A DNA stretch of 42,223 bases, taken from positions 1 through 42,223 of the forward strand of contig JAXLNO010000244.1 of the NCBI GenBank assembly GCA_038087875.1, given 5' to 3'. The DNA comes from Malacoraja senta (Eukaryota). Both the position numbers and the translations under genes were made by a program. Under the pieces are notes generated by a model. The model searched no databases and had not been told where the DNA came from. It saw only the letters and a program-made list of their open reading frames with translations. This document shows positions 11,690 to 23,538 of the stretch, piece by piece (position 1 is the stretch's first letter; every line of letters begins with the position of its first letter).

Positions 11690-12125
11690 TCAATCTAAAT
11701 CAGTATATTACCCTCAGTTCTATCTGCTCTAACGTTTTTAACCAATGTCCTGTGAAGAACCGTGATTGAAAGCCTTCTGAAAATCAAAATACCCCATATT
11801 CATCGAGTCCCCCTTATATATTCCACCAGCTGGATGCTCAGAGAACTTATTAGTCGATTAGTTAAACATGATTTTCCTTTCATAATTCCATGTTGACTCT
11901 GGTCAATCCTATTATTCTTTTCAAGATGCTCGAGTAGTACATCCTTCACCTCAACTCTCATAACTCCCCACTGATGCCACGGATAACAAGTTGATAGCAA
12001 GCAAGCAATGCTAAACCTCCATAAATTATTGGCTAGGTCCCAGTTGGAGAACTATAGTTAATATTGAACCAGTGCAGGGTATGGAGGAGATTTACTGGAA
12101 TGGTAGTCATGTAAGGTTTCAGTGG
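11690..12125. mobile_element. CR1 LINE fragments (minus ~11690-11945, plus ~11985-12125)
   Basis: LEHLEKNNRIDQSQHGIMKGKSCLTN on the minus strand is a CR1 RT motif. Confidence 0.7.
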
Positions 12126-12589
12126 TGTAGAAAAAAAAACAGCAGCTGTTTCCTTTGAAATTAATTAAAACGTACTTTCAAGCTGTGCTTAATAACAGTG
12201 TTCAATTTGGGTTCTGTTGGGAACAGTCAGTTCTATATCTCATTACTTCATTCCAAATGGATTAAAAATAAACCCAAATTCAGAACATACCCTGACACAT
12301 GGAGACATAAGATACTGCCGAGGCTGGAATCTTGCACAAAAACCGCTGGAGGAACTCAGTAGGTCAGGCAGTATCTGTGGAGGGATATGGAGAACCAGAG
12401 GAGAAATGGTGGGGAGATGGGAATGGGGAGGGGGTGGGGTTGGAAAAAGGGGTAAAGTGAGTGATGAGTGGGAGGAGGAGCAAAACTGGGTAAAGGTGAG
12501 TGGTGCAGGTGGCATCTCATATTCCGCCTGGGTAGCCAACAAGCCATGGAAATTTCCAATTTCAGGTAATAAACCTTAAGCTGCTTCCT

Positions 12590-13710
12590 TCTCTCTTTTG
12601 ATCTACCCAGATCTTCTCATACCCATCTTTTTTTCCCACTCACAAATCATTTTTCACACTTTCCAGTTAATGACATCCTTCCTACAGCAGACCAACTAGA
12701 ACTGTACACAGTCCTCCAAATGCTTTAATAACAACTTGTACAGCTGTAAGGTGGCACAGAGGTGTAGTTGGCAGAGCCGCTGCCTCACAGAGCCAGAGAC
12801 CTAGGTTTGATCCTGACCAGTTGATGCCTATGTGGAGTTTGCGTATTCTCCCTGTGACCGTGTGAGTTTTCTCCTGGTGCTCCAGTTTTCTGCCACATCC
12901 CAAAGACATGCGGGTTTGTAGGCTAATTGTCCTCTGTAAATTGCCCCTAGTGTGTAAGGAGTGGATGAGGAAGTGGGTTAACATAGAACTAGTGTGAACA
13001 GGTGATCGAAGGTCGGCATACACTTGGTGGGCTGCTGGGCCTGTTTCTATGCTGTTCCTCTCAAATAAAATAAACATAACATCCTAACTAGTGCCTTCTT
13101 CACCATCATGTCCAACCGTGTTGCCACTTTCATGGGATTATGTACCTGCACCCCTAGGTCTCTGTTCAACAACACTCCCCAGAGCCCTATACTTTAATGT
13201 GTCTATTATGCCCGTATTTGTCTTACCAAAATGTAACATTTCACATTATACAAATTAAACTCCATCTGCCAATCATTTTCACTGTCCACTATATCAGCAA
13301 TTTTTGTGCCATCCACAAACTTACTAACCATGCCACATAGTTAGATCATTAATATAAATAACGAACAAATGTTGACCCAACATCAATCTACGTGGCACAC
13401 CATTTGTTTCAGGCCTCAAGTCTGAAAAACAACCCTCTTCCACCACTTTCTATCTCCTACCTTCAAGACAATTTTCTGTTCAATTGGCTATCTCACCCTG
13501 GATACCACATGATTTAGCCTTTCATGCAAGCCTTCCATGTGGTACCCTGTTAAAGGCCTTGCCGAAGTCTGTGTATACATCATCTACCATAATGCCTTCA
13601 TCAATTTTTCTGGTCATCTCTTCAAAAGATTAAATCAAATTTGAGAAACACGATTTCCCACATATAAATCAAATCCCTCGACCAAATTTGTCAGACACTA
13701 TTTCCCCAAG
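12590..13710 (-). mobile_element. Degraded CR1 LINE RT region, split by a SINE
   Basis: Reverse-strand homology to CR1 18820-20345 (gacttcggcaaggcctttaacagggtaccacatgg, DFxKAFxxVPHG). Confidence 0.7.
12750..13075 (+). mobile_element. tRNA-derived SINE
   Basis: ggtggcacagaggtgtagttggcagag head, B-box-like ggtttgatcc, CR1-like tail and (taaaa)n end; homologous to 31422-31724. Confidence 0.85.
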
Positions 13711-14519
13711 TACGGTGCCAGAGTTCAGACAAGTGGAGACAATTTCACCTCGTCTTGAATGTGACTGGTGTATGGTGTTGCATTTGCTATCCTTCAATCT
13801 GTGGGAACTATTCTACAATTCATTTAATTTTCTAAGATGACAATCAGTTTACCAATATTTCCTCAAGCACCTATTTCAAAACCTTAATATGCAAATCATC
13901 AGGTTTTAGGGTTTATGACCTTTGAGTGCCATTGATTTCTCCAATATTTCTTTTTAAACTAATGCCAATTTTTGCCAACTCCAGAACTGTAATCTTTCAC
14001 ATTTAACAGATTTTCAGTGTCTTCCATGAAGACAGTCAAAATATTTGACATCTTTTCATTCTTACACATCCATCAATGCTCATAATATGAATTTGGAAGA
14101 GGAGGTAGCAACTCTGTAATTCTACAAGTTCTGTCATTTAAAAATATCGTAAATGATTCGATTGTAATCTCAGCTCTGCATTCCAGTATAGCTACAGTAA
14201 CCTTTTATCCCTTACCAAGAAGCTATCTACCTCTGCCTTAAAATTAGACTTGCTTCCACTGTCCGCTGAAGAAGTTTTGATAGATTCATTACTAGAGCCA
14301 GGATTTTGCCATAAATGCCAAGTGCCTTTATCATGCCTTTTTTGATAATTTCACCAAGCTAATGCCTTTTTCATGATCGAGTGCCGAAATCTGCCTTTTT
14401 TTGTGCCATCTTGATACAAGGTCGTGCTATTTTCTCTATTTGTACCATGATTACAATGACGTTTTCTATGTTAACACGTTAATATTAATGTTATTAATTA
14501 CCCTCAGAGAAAAAAAGCT

Positions 14520-14650
14520 GCACATCCCCTGACTTAAATGGGTACCCGGAGGAAGCCCACTTGGTCACAGGGAGAGCACCCGAGGGCAGGATCGAACCTG
14601 GGTCTCGAGCGCTGTGAGGCAGCAGCTCTATCAGCTGTACCACTGTCTCA
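14520..14650 (-). mobile_element. tRNA-derived SINE head fragment
   Basis: Reverse complement gtggtacagctgatagagctgctgcctcacagcgctcgagacccaggttcgatcctg. Confidence 0.75.
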
Positions 14651-15437
14651 CCAATGCTCCATTTAAGTAAATCAGAACCAAGCAATAACATTCTAATAGC
14701 TTTCCTAAATACAGTAAAAGGTTTGTAGGATGGAGGCCTGGTTAGTTGAAATTGGGGGTAGGGAAAAGAGGTTGGGAGGATGGGAAGACAGCAGTGGTAG
14801 GGGGTTGGATGAGGGAGGCAGTGGAGGTAGGAGAGAAGCACGATTGAGGACACAGGGTGACTAGGAAGAGAAGGGCCAGAAGGGACAAAAGATGAAACCA
14901 TCAAGGGCTAGGACAGCATGATAGAGGATGGATGAAAGGAGCAGTGCACACTCCATTTGTTTTTGTCCTAAATCCAAGCCAGCAGAATTGAGTAATAGGG
15001 AAGGAACCTCAAGAAGACCCTAAATCAACAAAGCTTTTGTGGCAAAATTCAATTCGTATTTTAACAGTTCCAGTTAACGTTTAATTTGCTTGTCAAACTT
15101 TTTTTGAAAAAATAACTAACCATAACATGAGCTTTATGACAAGGCATTTCATTTCTGCTGCAACTATCTGGCAAAATATACCCAATTAATCTTGCATTGT
15201 AGCACAATAGGAATCAATACTACTGCAATTTGAACGCAAAAAGATCAATAAGGTCCGTAATTCAATTACAAACAGTGGCAGGGCAATAGTGCTCCAAAAA
15301 ACGTTTCTGTCAAGCTGGAGAATGATAAACTCATTTACAAAAAATTAAACATAAGTTTATAAACTTAGCTTTATGAGCCACTTTTATATGCTTTTCAAAT
15401 TTTTTTATAATTAGAATGAATTCTCAGAATGCAATAC

Positions 15438-15519
15438 CTGAAAAGCAATAGCTTGGCTCAAGCTATCAAGAGCAGGGTCTTCCCCTTCATCTTCACTTTC
15501 CTCCTCCTCTTCTTCTTCA
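15438..15519 (-). CDS. ZCRB1: ZCRB1 coding exon 6
   Basis: gcatttcag| (I)EEEEEEESEDEGEDPALDSLSQAIAFQ |gtattg; phase matches exon 5. Confidence 0.96.
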
Positions 15520-15594
15520 CTGAAATGCAGATATATCTTTTCAGTTTGACACCCTCAAATCAAGCAGTTTAAAAAATATATATAATATACGTAC

Positions 15595-15704
15595 ATTTCT
15601 TCTGGTTCATTGCTTTTTTTCTTTTTCTTCTTCTCTTTCTTTTTGGGGGGCTCTCGTTCTCCAAGCATATTTTTAGGACAAGCATAGCTCAAATGACCAT
15701 AATC
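15595..15704 (-). CDS. ZCRB1: ZCRB1 coding exon 5
   Basis: ctgcag| [36 protein letters not shown] |gtacgt; second half of the CCHC knuckle plus basic tract. Confidence 0.96.
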
Positions 15705-15999
15705 CTGCAGTTTGAAAATTTACGTTAAGAATTATGGCAACTGCTTGACTCTACTTGTCAACATTTTAATATTCTATAGGCTCATAGCAAAGAAGAAAAC
15801 GTGGTTCAATACTTCTTATTGCCGCTGAATTAAAGTTATATTGGCTACTTCCGTGAAAAACTATTGTCCAATGCCACCTAATTTCAGTTATAAATTTTAG
15901 ATTATTAATGATTTTGGGCATTTGAGATTGTAAAACTAAAAAGTGCATTGAATTTGCTACTTATGGTGCAACTATAGTTGATGTGTCAAGAAGAATGCA

Positions 16000-16425
16000 T
16001 ATCGCTCTCCATTAGGGAAATCCTGTAACATAGCTGTTGGACAGAAAATAAGGATCAAGTACAAAATAAATGATAATGTCAAGTAGTGGGGCAGTCTTCT
16101 ATGTGGGGGCTGAGTCCGTGAGCACGTCCAGAAGCCGCCCATGCACAAGCCGCCCGTCCACAAGCCGCCGAGAATAAAGCTGAAGCAGCGGAGTGTGGGC
16201 TGTGTTCTGCGGGCGGGGGCTGTGAGCGCGACAGGCGCTGGGGACGGGAGCAAGCTGAGTGAGTCTGGAGCCGGGTCCTGGAGCCAAGAGTGCGGTCGGA
16301 GCCGGGGTCGGGAACCGGTGAGCCCACACCCCCCCTCCCCTACACTCCCCCCTCCCCTACACCCCCTCTCCCTTGCACCCCACCCTCCCTCACCCCCCCT
16401 CCCCAATGGGTCCCACTTAGTCTAG
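16000..16425 (+). mobile_element. Helitron-like 3' fragment with GC-rich cargo (5' boundary uncertain)
   Basis: Ends cccaatgggtcccacttagtCTAG|T, a variant of the family 3' end, preceded by a C-rich tract. Confidence 0.55.
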
Positions 16426-16439
16426 TTTATAATAAAAAG

Positions 16440-16560
16440 GTATAGCAGGTGCTGGTTTATACCAAAGATAGACACAAAATGCTGGAGTAACTCTGTGGGT
16501 CAGGCAACATCTCTGGAGAAAATGGATAGATGACAGTTTGGGTCGCGACTCTTCAGACTA
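16440..16560 (-). mobile_element. Penelope 3'-end fragment with degenerate hammerhead
   Basis: gcaggtgctggtttatacc...gctggagtaactc...cttcagac. Confidence 0.65.
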
Positions 16561-16813
16561 TTTATAATCAAGTACTATTGAAAAATGCACGACATCAATG
16601 TTGCAAACTTTGCTTTCAATTGTCTATCTAGTTATTTTTATTTGCTGCTTTTCTTGCAGTGAAGATTAAAATCAATGGTTACATTTAAGTTATCGACCCC
16701 ATCCAAAGCCCAAACTTCTTCATGATTTATTTTTAATGTTTAAATTATCTAAAGGATCACTCGTAGAGTTAACTGAAAATATTAAAATATTTTAAGCTAA
16801 AATAGCTCATATA

Positions 16814-18436
16814 CAGTGGCTTGCAAAAGTTTTCATACCCCTTGAACTTTTCCACATTTTGTCACGTTACAACCACAAACGTAAATGTATTTTATTTAGA
16901 TTTTATGTGATAGACCAACACAAAGTGGTGCATAATTGTGAAGTGGAAGGAAAATGATACATGGTTTTCAAATTTTTTTACAAATAAAAAACTGAAAAGT
17001 GTCGCGTGCAAAAGTATTCAGCCCCCCTGAGTCAATACTTTGTAGAACCACCTTTCGCTGCAATTACAGCTGCAAGTCTTTTGGGGTATGTCTCTACCAG
17101 CTTTGCACATCTAGAGACTGACATTTTTGCCCATTCTTCTTTTCAAAATAGCTCAAGCTCAGTCAGATTGGATGGAGAGCGTCTGTGAACAACAATTTTC
17201 AAGTCTTGCCAGAGATTCTCAATTGGATTTAGGTCTGGACTTTGACTGGGCCATTCTAACACATGAATATGCTTTGATCTAAACTATTCCATTGTAGCTC
17301 TGGCTGTATGTTTAGGGTCGTTGTCCTGCTGGAAGGTGAACCTCCGCCCCAGTCTCAAGTCTTTTGCAGACCCTAACAGGTTTTCTTCCAAGATTGCCAT
17401 GTATTTGGCTCCATCCATCTTCCCATCAACTCTGACCAGCTTCCCTGTCCCTGCTGAAGAAAAGCATCCCCACAGCATGATGCTGCCACCACCAAGTTTC
17501 ACAGTGGGGATGGTGTGTTCAGGGTGGTATGCAGTGTTAGGTTTCTGCCACACATAGCGTTTTGCATTTAGGCCAAAAACTTCAATTTTGGTCTCATCTG
17601 ACCAGAGCACCTTCCTCCACATGTTTGCTGTGTCCCCCACATGGCTTGTGGCAAACTGCAAACGGGACTTCTTATGGCTTTTTTTCAACAATGGCTTTCT
17701 TCTTGCCACTCTTCCATAAAGGCCCGATTTGTGGAGTGCACGACTAATAGTTGTCCTGTGGACAGATTCTCCCACCTGAGCTGTGGATCTCTGCAGCTCC
17801 TCCAGAGTTACCATGGGCCTCTTGGCTGCTTCTATGGTCAATGCTCTCCTTGCCCGGCCTGTCAGTTTAGGTGGACGGCCATGTCTTGGTAGGTTTGCAG
17901 TTGTGCCATACTCTTGCCATTTTCAGATGATGAATTGAACAGTGCTCTGTGAGATGTTTAAAGCTTGGGATATTTTTTTATAACCTAACCCTGCTTTAAA
18001 CTTCTCCACAACTTTATCCCTGACCTGTCTGGTGTGTTCCTTGGGCTTCATGATGCTGTTTGTTCACTAATGTTCTCTAATAAACCTCTGAGGCCTTCAC
18101 AGAACAGCTGTATTTATACTGAGATTAGATTACACACAAGTGGACTCTATTTACTAATTAGGTGACTTCTGAAGACAATTGGTTGCACTGGATTTTATTT
18201 AGGGGTATCAGAGTAAAGGGGGCTGAATACTTTTGCACGCGACACATTTCAGTTTTTTATTTGTAAAAAAATTTGAAAACCATGTATCATTTTCCTTCCC
18301 AATTAACTTCAGAATTATGCGCCACTTTGTGTTGGTCTATCACATAAAATCCCAATAAAATACATTTACGTTTGTGGTTGTAACGTGACAAAATGTGGAA
18401 AAGTTCAAGGGGTATGAATACTTTTGCAAGCCACTG
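16814..18436 (-). mobile_element. Full-length Tc1 transposon, Passport-like
   Basis: TA|cagtggcttgcaaaagt ... acttttgcaagccactg|TA; ~210-bp TIRs with an internal repeat of gcaaaagtattca. Confidence 0.95.
17032..18051 (-). pseudogene. Tc1 DD34E transposase, 340 codons in one frame with three premature stops
   Basis: MKPKEHTRQVRDKVVEKF...GRPPKL...WSDETK...QQDNDPKH...[15 protein letters not shown]...AKGGSTKY*; stops near 17922, at 17284 and near 17143. Confidence 0.92.
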
Positions 18437-18819
18437 TATTCCCACGCAAACTGGCCTGATTGTGTGAATAAGGCACATGGAGGGCAACCATATTAATGCA
18501 GGAAAGACATGAGTGGAAAATTCAAAGAGATCAGACTATCTGAAGTTATAGGTGTGTAAAAATACGACACCAGCTTCCAAGTGCATTTTAAAGGTCAATT
18601 TTTTGTCCAATTCATCCTGTTTATCTTGAGCTTTCCTTCAGTAGCACTGGTGATAACTGACACAAAAATACATTAAAAAGGGTTCAAATGTGCACAATTA
18701 TGTTCTGAACAAACTGAACTATTTATGTACTGAACAAAAGTTAGATCTCTCAATATATATATATCATGTTGAGCAGCTTAAGTGGTATAATAAAGTAATG
18801 AAGAAAGAAGGGAAGACTC

Positions 18820-20345
18820 AATAACTGTGGGAAGTAAGAGAGGAAATTGCAGGTGCCCAGGCTGAGGTTTATGTCGTCATTAAATACTAGTGAGGTGCCG
18901 GAAGACTGGAGGTGGCAGATGTTGTACCCCTATTTAAGCAGGGCTGCAGGGAAAAGCGTGGGAACTACAGGCCAGTGAGTGTAATGTCTGTAGTTGGAAA
19001 GTTACTAGGGAGTATTCTGAGGGATAAGATATACATGTATTTAGATGGACATAAGCTGATTACGGATCGTCAGCATGGTTTTGTACAGAAGAGTGTGTCT
19101 TCCGAATCTGATTACGTTTTTGGATGATGTGCCCAAAAAGATTGATGAGGGTAAAGCTTAGACGTATATATGGATTTCAGCAAGGCATTTGACAAGGTTC
19201 CTCATGGTCGGCTGCTCTGGATGGTGAGATCACATGGGATCCAAGGAGAGCTCGCTGACTGGGTAGAAAATTGGCTTCATGGAAGCAAGCAGATGGTGAT
19301 GGTGGAAGGTTGTTTTTTGGACTGGAGGCCTGTGACTAGTGGTGTGTCTCAGTGTTTGGTGCTGGGCCATTTGCTGTTTATCATCTATATAAATGATTTA
19401 GATGAGAACGTACAAGACATGATTAGTAAGTTTGCAGATGACACTAAAGTTGGTGGTATTGTAAATAGTGAAGATGGTTGTCAAATATTGCAGCATGATG
19501 TTGATTGGTTGGGTAGGTGGGGTGTGGATTGGTTAATGGGGTTTAATATTGAGGAGGGGGAGGGATTGCATTTTGGGAAGTTAAACCAGGGCAGGACCTA
19601 CACAATGGGGACTGTTGTAGAGCAGAGGGATCTAGGAGTGCAGGTAAGTCCTTGAAAGTGGTGCCACAGGTAATAGGATAGTTCAAGAAGGCTTTCGGCA
19701 CATTGGCCTTCATCAGTCAGAGTATTAAGTAAAGATAATGGGAGGTCATGTTACAGCTGTACAAGATATTTGTGAGGCCACATTTAGAGTATTGTGTTAG
19801 TTTTGATCACCCTGTTCTAGGTAAGATGTGTTAAACTGGATAGGGTGCAGAGAAGATTTACGAGGATGCTGCCAGGACTTGAGCTATAGGGAGTGGTTGA
19901 GCAGGCCAGGACCTTACTCCTTGGAGCGTAGAAGGATAAGGGGTGATCTAATAGAGGTGTATAAGAGCAGGAGAGGAAAAGATTGGGTAAATGCAGTCTT
20001 TTACCCAGAGTATGGGAATCAAGAACCCGATGACATAGGTTTTCCGGTGAGGTGAGGTGAGGGGGGGGGGGGGGGGGGGGGGGGGGGGAGAAGAAGATTT
20101 AATAGGAACCTGAGGGGCAACATTTTTACACAAAGGGTATATTGCAATGAGCTGCCGGGGGAAGTAGTTGAGGTAGGTACAATCACTATGCTTAAGAAAC
20201 ATTTGGACAAGTACATGGATAGGATACGTTCAGAGGGATATGGGGAAAATGCAGGCAGGTGGGACTAGTGTAGATGGGGCATGTTGGTTGGCATGGGCAA
20301 ATTTGGCAGTAGGGCCTGTTTCCGCACAGTGTGACTCTATGAAGT
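18820..20345 (+). mobile_element. 5'-truncated CR1 LINE (RT to 3' end)
   Basis: NYRPVS, QHGF, MDFSKAFDKVPHGRLL, KFADDTK; 3' end gggcctgtttcc...gactctatga. Confidence 0.92.
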
Positions 20346-20547
20346 GTTTTTGCTTTGAGGGCAGGTTAATGGGTAGCAATGGGTTTGGGGTTCTCAGCAG
20401 GATTGTGCCTGGAAAGTTTTACGCTTCCACCAAGGATTTAATAAAAGTTTTTAAAAAGATTTCTTTTAATGATGGCAGATCTGGGTAAATTTAATAGCTT
20501 TTTCCTAAAGTCTTTTCGGTGATACAACCCTGTCAGTCAAACCTAAT

Positions 20548-20685
20548 GAATATGTCTGAAGAAGGGTCTTGATCCGAAACGTCACCTATTCCTTCTCTCC
20601 AGAGATGCTGCCTGTCCTGCTGTTACTGCAGCATTTTGTGTCCATCTTCAGTTTAAACCAGCAACTACAGTTCTTTCCTACTCTG
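20548..20685 (+). mobile_element. Penelope 3'-end fragment with an intact minimal hammerhead core
   Basis: CTGAAGA-a-gggtc-tt-gatcc-GAAA-cg-TC at 20556-20583. Confidence 0.7.
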
Positions 20686-20706
20686 AATATTTACACTTAT
20701 GATATA

Positions 20707-21908
20707 CTAGACCAAGTGCAGGGGGGGGGGGGGGGGGGGGGCGGCGGCATCACACACATTAACCACTCCCACACACACACTAACTACCCCCCTTGTCAAT
20801 ATATTATTATTAATTTGCTCCTTTTACCCCATAACCACCCTATCTACTGACGCATAGCCCCCAACTCGCAGGCGCGTCTAGAGAGGGGGGGGGTAGAGAG
20901 TGAGGGCAGAGAGAAGGGGGGGAGGGGGAGAGGGAGAGAAGGGGGAGAGAGAGAGAAGGGGGGAGGGAGAGAGAAGGGGGAGAGAGAGAGAAGGGGGGAG
21001 AGAGAGAGAAGGGGGAAGAGAGGTGGGGGAGAGAGAGAGGGAGGGGGTGGAAGAGAGAGAGAGAGGGGGAGAGAGAGAGAGAAGGGGGGAGAGAGAGAGA
21101 GAGGAGGGGGGAGAGGGAGAGAGAGGAGGGGGGAGAGAGAGAGGAGGGGGGAGAAAGAGAGAGAGGAGGGGGGAGAGAGAGAGAGAGATGAGGGGGAGAG
21201 AGAGAGAGGTGGGGGAGAGAGAGGAGGGGAGAGAGAGAGGGTGGGGTCGCATGTTTTTTATCAAAGGACCTGCGAGCGGCGCGACTGGCAGCGCGTTGAG
21301 TTTGCAGCGGGAGGGAGGGGCGCGACTTGTCTCGCTGCGCTGAGTTTCCCAGACGGAGTAATGGCCGCCAGGGCTGCCTTCTCATTGCGTGCCCCGCGCG
21401 ACGATAACGGCCACCATGTTCTACCATCGGGCGGGGGATACGGAAAGGATTCAGAAGCAAGCCGGTGGCCTCCGGTGACCGGCTGTAACCTGCTGTGACC
21501 TCCTGATCTGCAGAACTCGGGGGGGGGGGGGGTTGGAGTGGGCGGGCGGTCGTGGGAGTACAGCTGCGGGAGGCGTGGCGCGAGCGTACTTGGGCTGGGC
21601 GCGGGGCTTTAGTCCACAGCGGCAGGGGGGCGGGGCCTGGAGGCAGGTGGGACTCGATTGGTGGGCATGTGGCCATTGTGACATGAGCAGCTCAAGCGGC
21701 GATTTTTTTTTTTTTTAAGTTAGTTTTGTGAACAATTTTATTCAAAATCTGGGGAAATAATTGACCAAGGAGTGAATTTCTGAACTCATAAGATAAATCC
21801 CTACCGAAATTGTAAAAATCTCCGCGTTTATGAGTCTGGTTTTCTAGGAGATACGTTTCAAAAGCAAAATGCCGTACACCCACACACAGAGTTTTAAAAG
21901 TATATAGA
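20707..21908 (-). mobile_element. Solo non-autonomous Helitron (1202 bp)
   Basis: Minus strand A|TCTATATACTTTTAAAACTCTG ... tgcacttggtCTAG|T: canonical 5'-TC, 3'-CTAG, inserted between A and T, no target duplication; hairpin position occupied by a homopolymer run. Confidence 0.88.
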
Positions 21909-21936
21909 TTTTCATTAAAAACGTATTTGTACTCAC

Positions 21937-22044
21937 TCCACATTCATAACATCTGGTTTTGTCTGTATAATTGCGCCTTCTAATGAATTCAGATGCTCTG
22001 CCATTGTCAACTGCAATGCTCGCCTTTACTGTTCTGCCAAACAA
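21937..22044 (-). CDS. ZCRB1: ZCRB1 coding exon 4
   Basis: ctacag| [36 protein letters not shown] |gtgagt. Confidence 0.97.
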
Positions 22045-22158
22045 CTGTAGTTGAGGACATAAAATGGTTGAAAAATTTGGTTGACAACAAGGAAATTATT
22101 GTTCATTGAAAAGTGCAATAAAAAAAGAATTGGGAGAAAAAAAAGGTTTCCAGCTCAC

Positions 22159-22270
22159 TTGCTTGTTATTCAATGCCCTAGTACAGTTATATGCTGATTC
22201 CCTATCGAGGAACAGAACAAATGCGACACCTTTGCTTTTCCTGGAATCCTTGTCCCTCAATACTGTAACT
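22159..22270 (-). CDS. ZCRB1: ZCRB1 coding exon 3
   Basis: tttgcag| (K)[37 protein letters not shown] |gtgagc; RNP1 motif KGVAFVLF. Confidence 0.97.
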
Positions 22271-23538
22271 CTGCAAACAAAAACGTTATTGTTAGTCTGA
22301 ATAAAATTTCAAACAACTCAAAATTTTAATATTCTTCACAGAAGGCAATATAAATAGTAACTATATTTTGAGTAAAAATGTTTCACAATGGACTTCACAG
22401 CAAAACTAACACTTAATCGCTGTCCCATAAAAGGCCTAATTTGAGGTGTTAAGTAATCTTTTGCTGCAGTTCCTCAGATAAAATAACTTAATCTTTGTGA
22501 GGTAGAAGTTCCAAGAATTAGATATAACGTGAATGAAAAGATGGCAATTGTCCTTCATGGTGGCTGCAGGTTTGTGAAATTCAGTCACAGCAGCTTGTGT
22601 GAGTAATTGCTGTACATTTTGTGAAACACAAACTGGAGCCATAGAAATGTGGTGGTAGAGGGAATGAGGTTTTAGGATAGTGGATGGGTTGTAAGAGGTA
22701 ATTTGTCCTACATGTTGTCATGCTTCAATTTATTGGAAGCACATTCATCTTGGCAGGTAGAGGATATTCCATCATGTTCCTGACATACAGGTACCTTGCA
22801 GATGGAGAAAAAAATGAAGTGCCAAGATATGAACCACTCACCGCAGGATACCTAGCTTCTGACCTACTCCAATGCTGTACTATTTGTGTGGATTGTCAAG
22901 TTAACCTTGACTCTTTTCTAGTCAATGTGAATCACAGGCTGTTGCCAGCAGGAGATTGGCAGTGGGAAGTGATTAGACTCTTTCTTGTTTTGAGATGTCA
23001 TTGCCTCTAATTTGCATTGTACAAATGTTACTTGCCTGGAACTGGTCTTAAAGTTCTGCTACAAGCAGGAATGAATTGCTTTATTTTCAGTTCCAAAATA
23101 AAATTGAACGTGCATTCATAGAATCATACAGATATACAGTATGGAAACCGGGCCTTTAGTGATCATTAAGTGCCCATTTACACAAATCTTACAAATCAAA
23201 ATCCCCCCCCCCCCCCATTCTCCCTACATTCTCATTTGAGACAAATTCCATTTATTATCTTAGCATGGAAGGAAATTGCTTAAAATTTTAGGGCCAGGAT
23301 TGCCTTGAAAATTTGCTGCAGCGATATTCTGGGACTGGGATAATTGACATCCAAGACCAAACACGCTATTTTAATGCATCGTATAACTGCAATCACTGGA
23401 ATCTTTTAGAGTTTGTACAAATTGATTTGGCATCTTCTCTCGTGTATAGGTTTTTCTCACCACACCTCTAGATTTCACCTATTTGATTTACTGATGTCTT
23501 TCTGGGAAGTAATTCTCCCATTGTTTTCTGATTGGACC

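Noticed and set aside
14290..14500. Possible DNA transposon end with tgcc repeats (similar start near 23290)
   Set aside because: No partner TIR or target duplication found
20062..20088. Poly-G run as a functional G-quadruplex (also 20721-20742)
   Set aside because: Homopolymers inside TEs; length is unreliable and nothing suggests function
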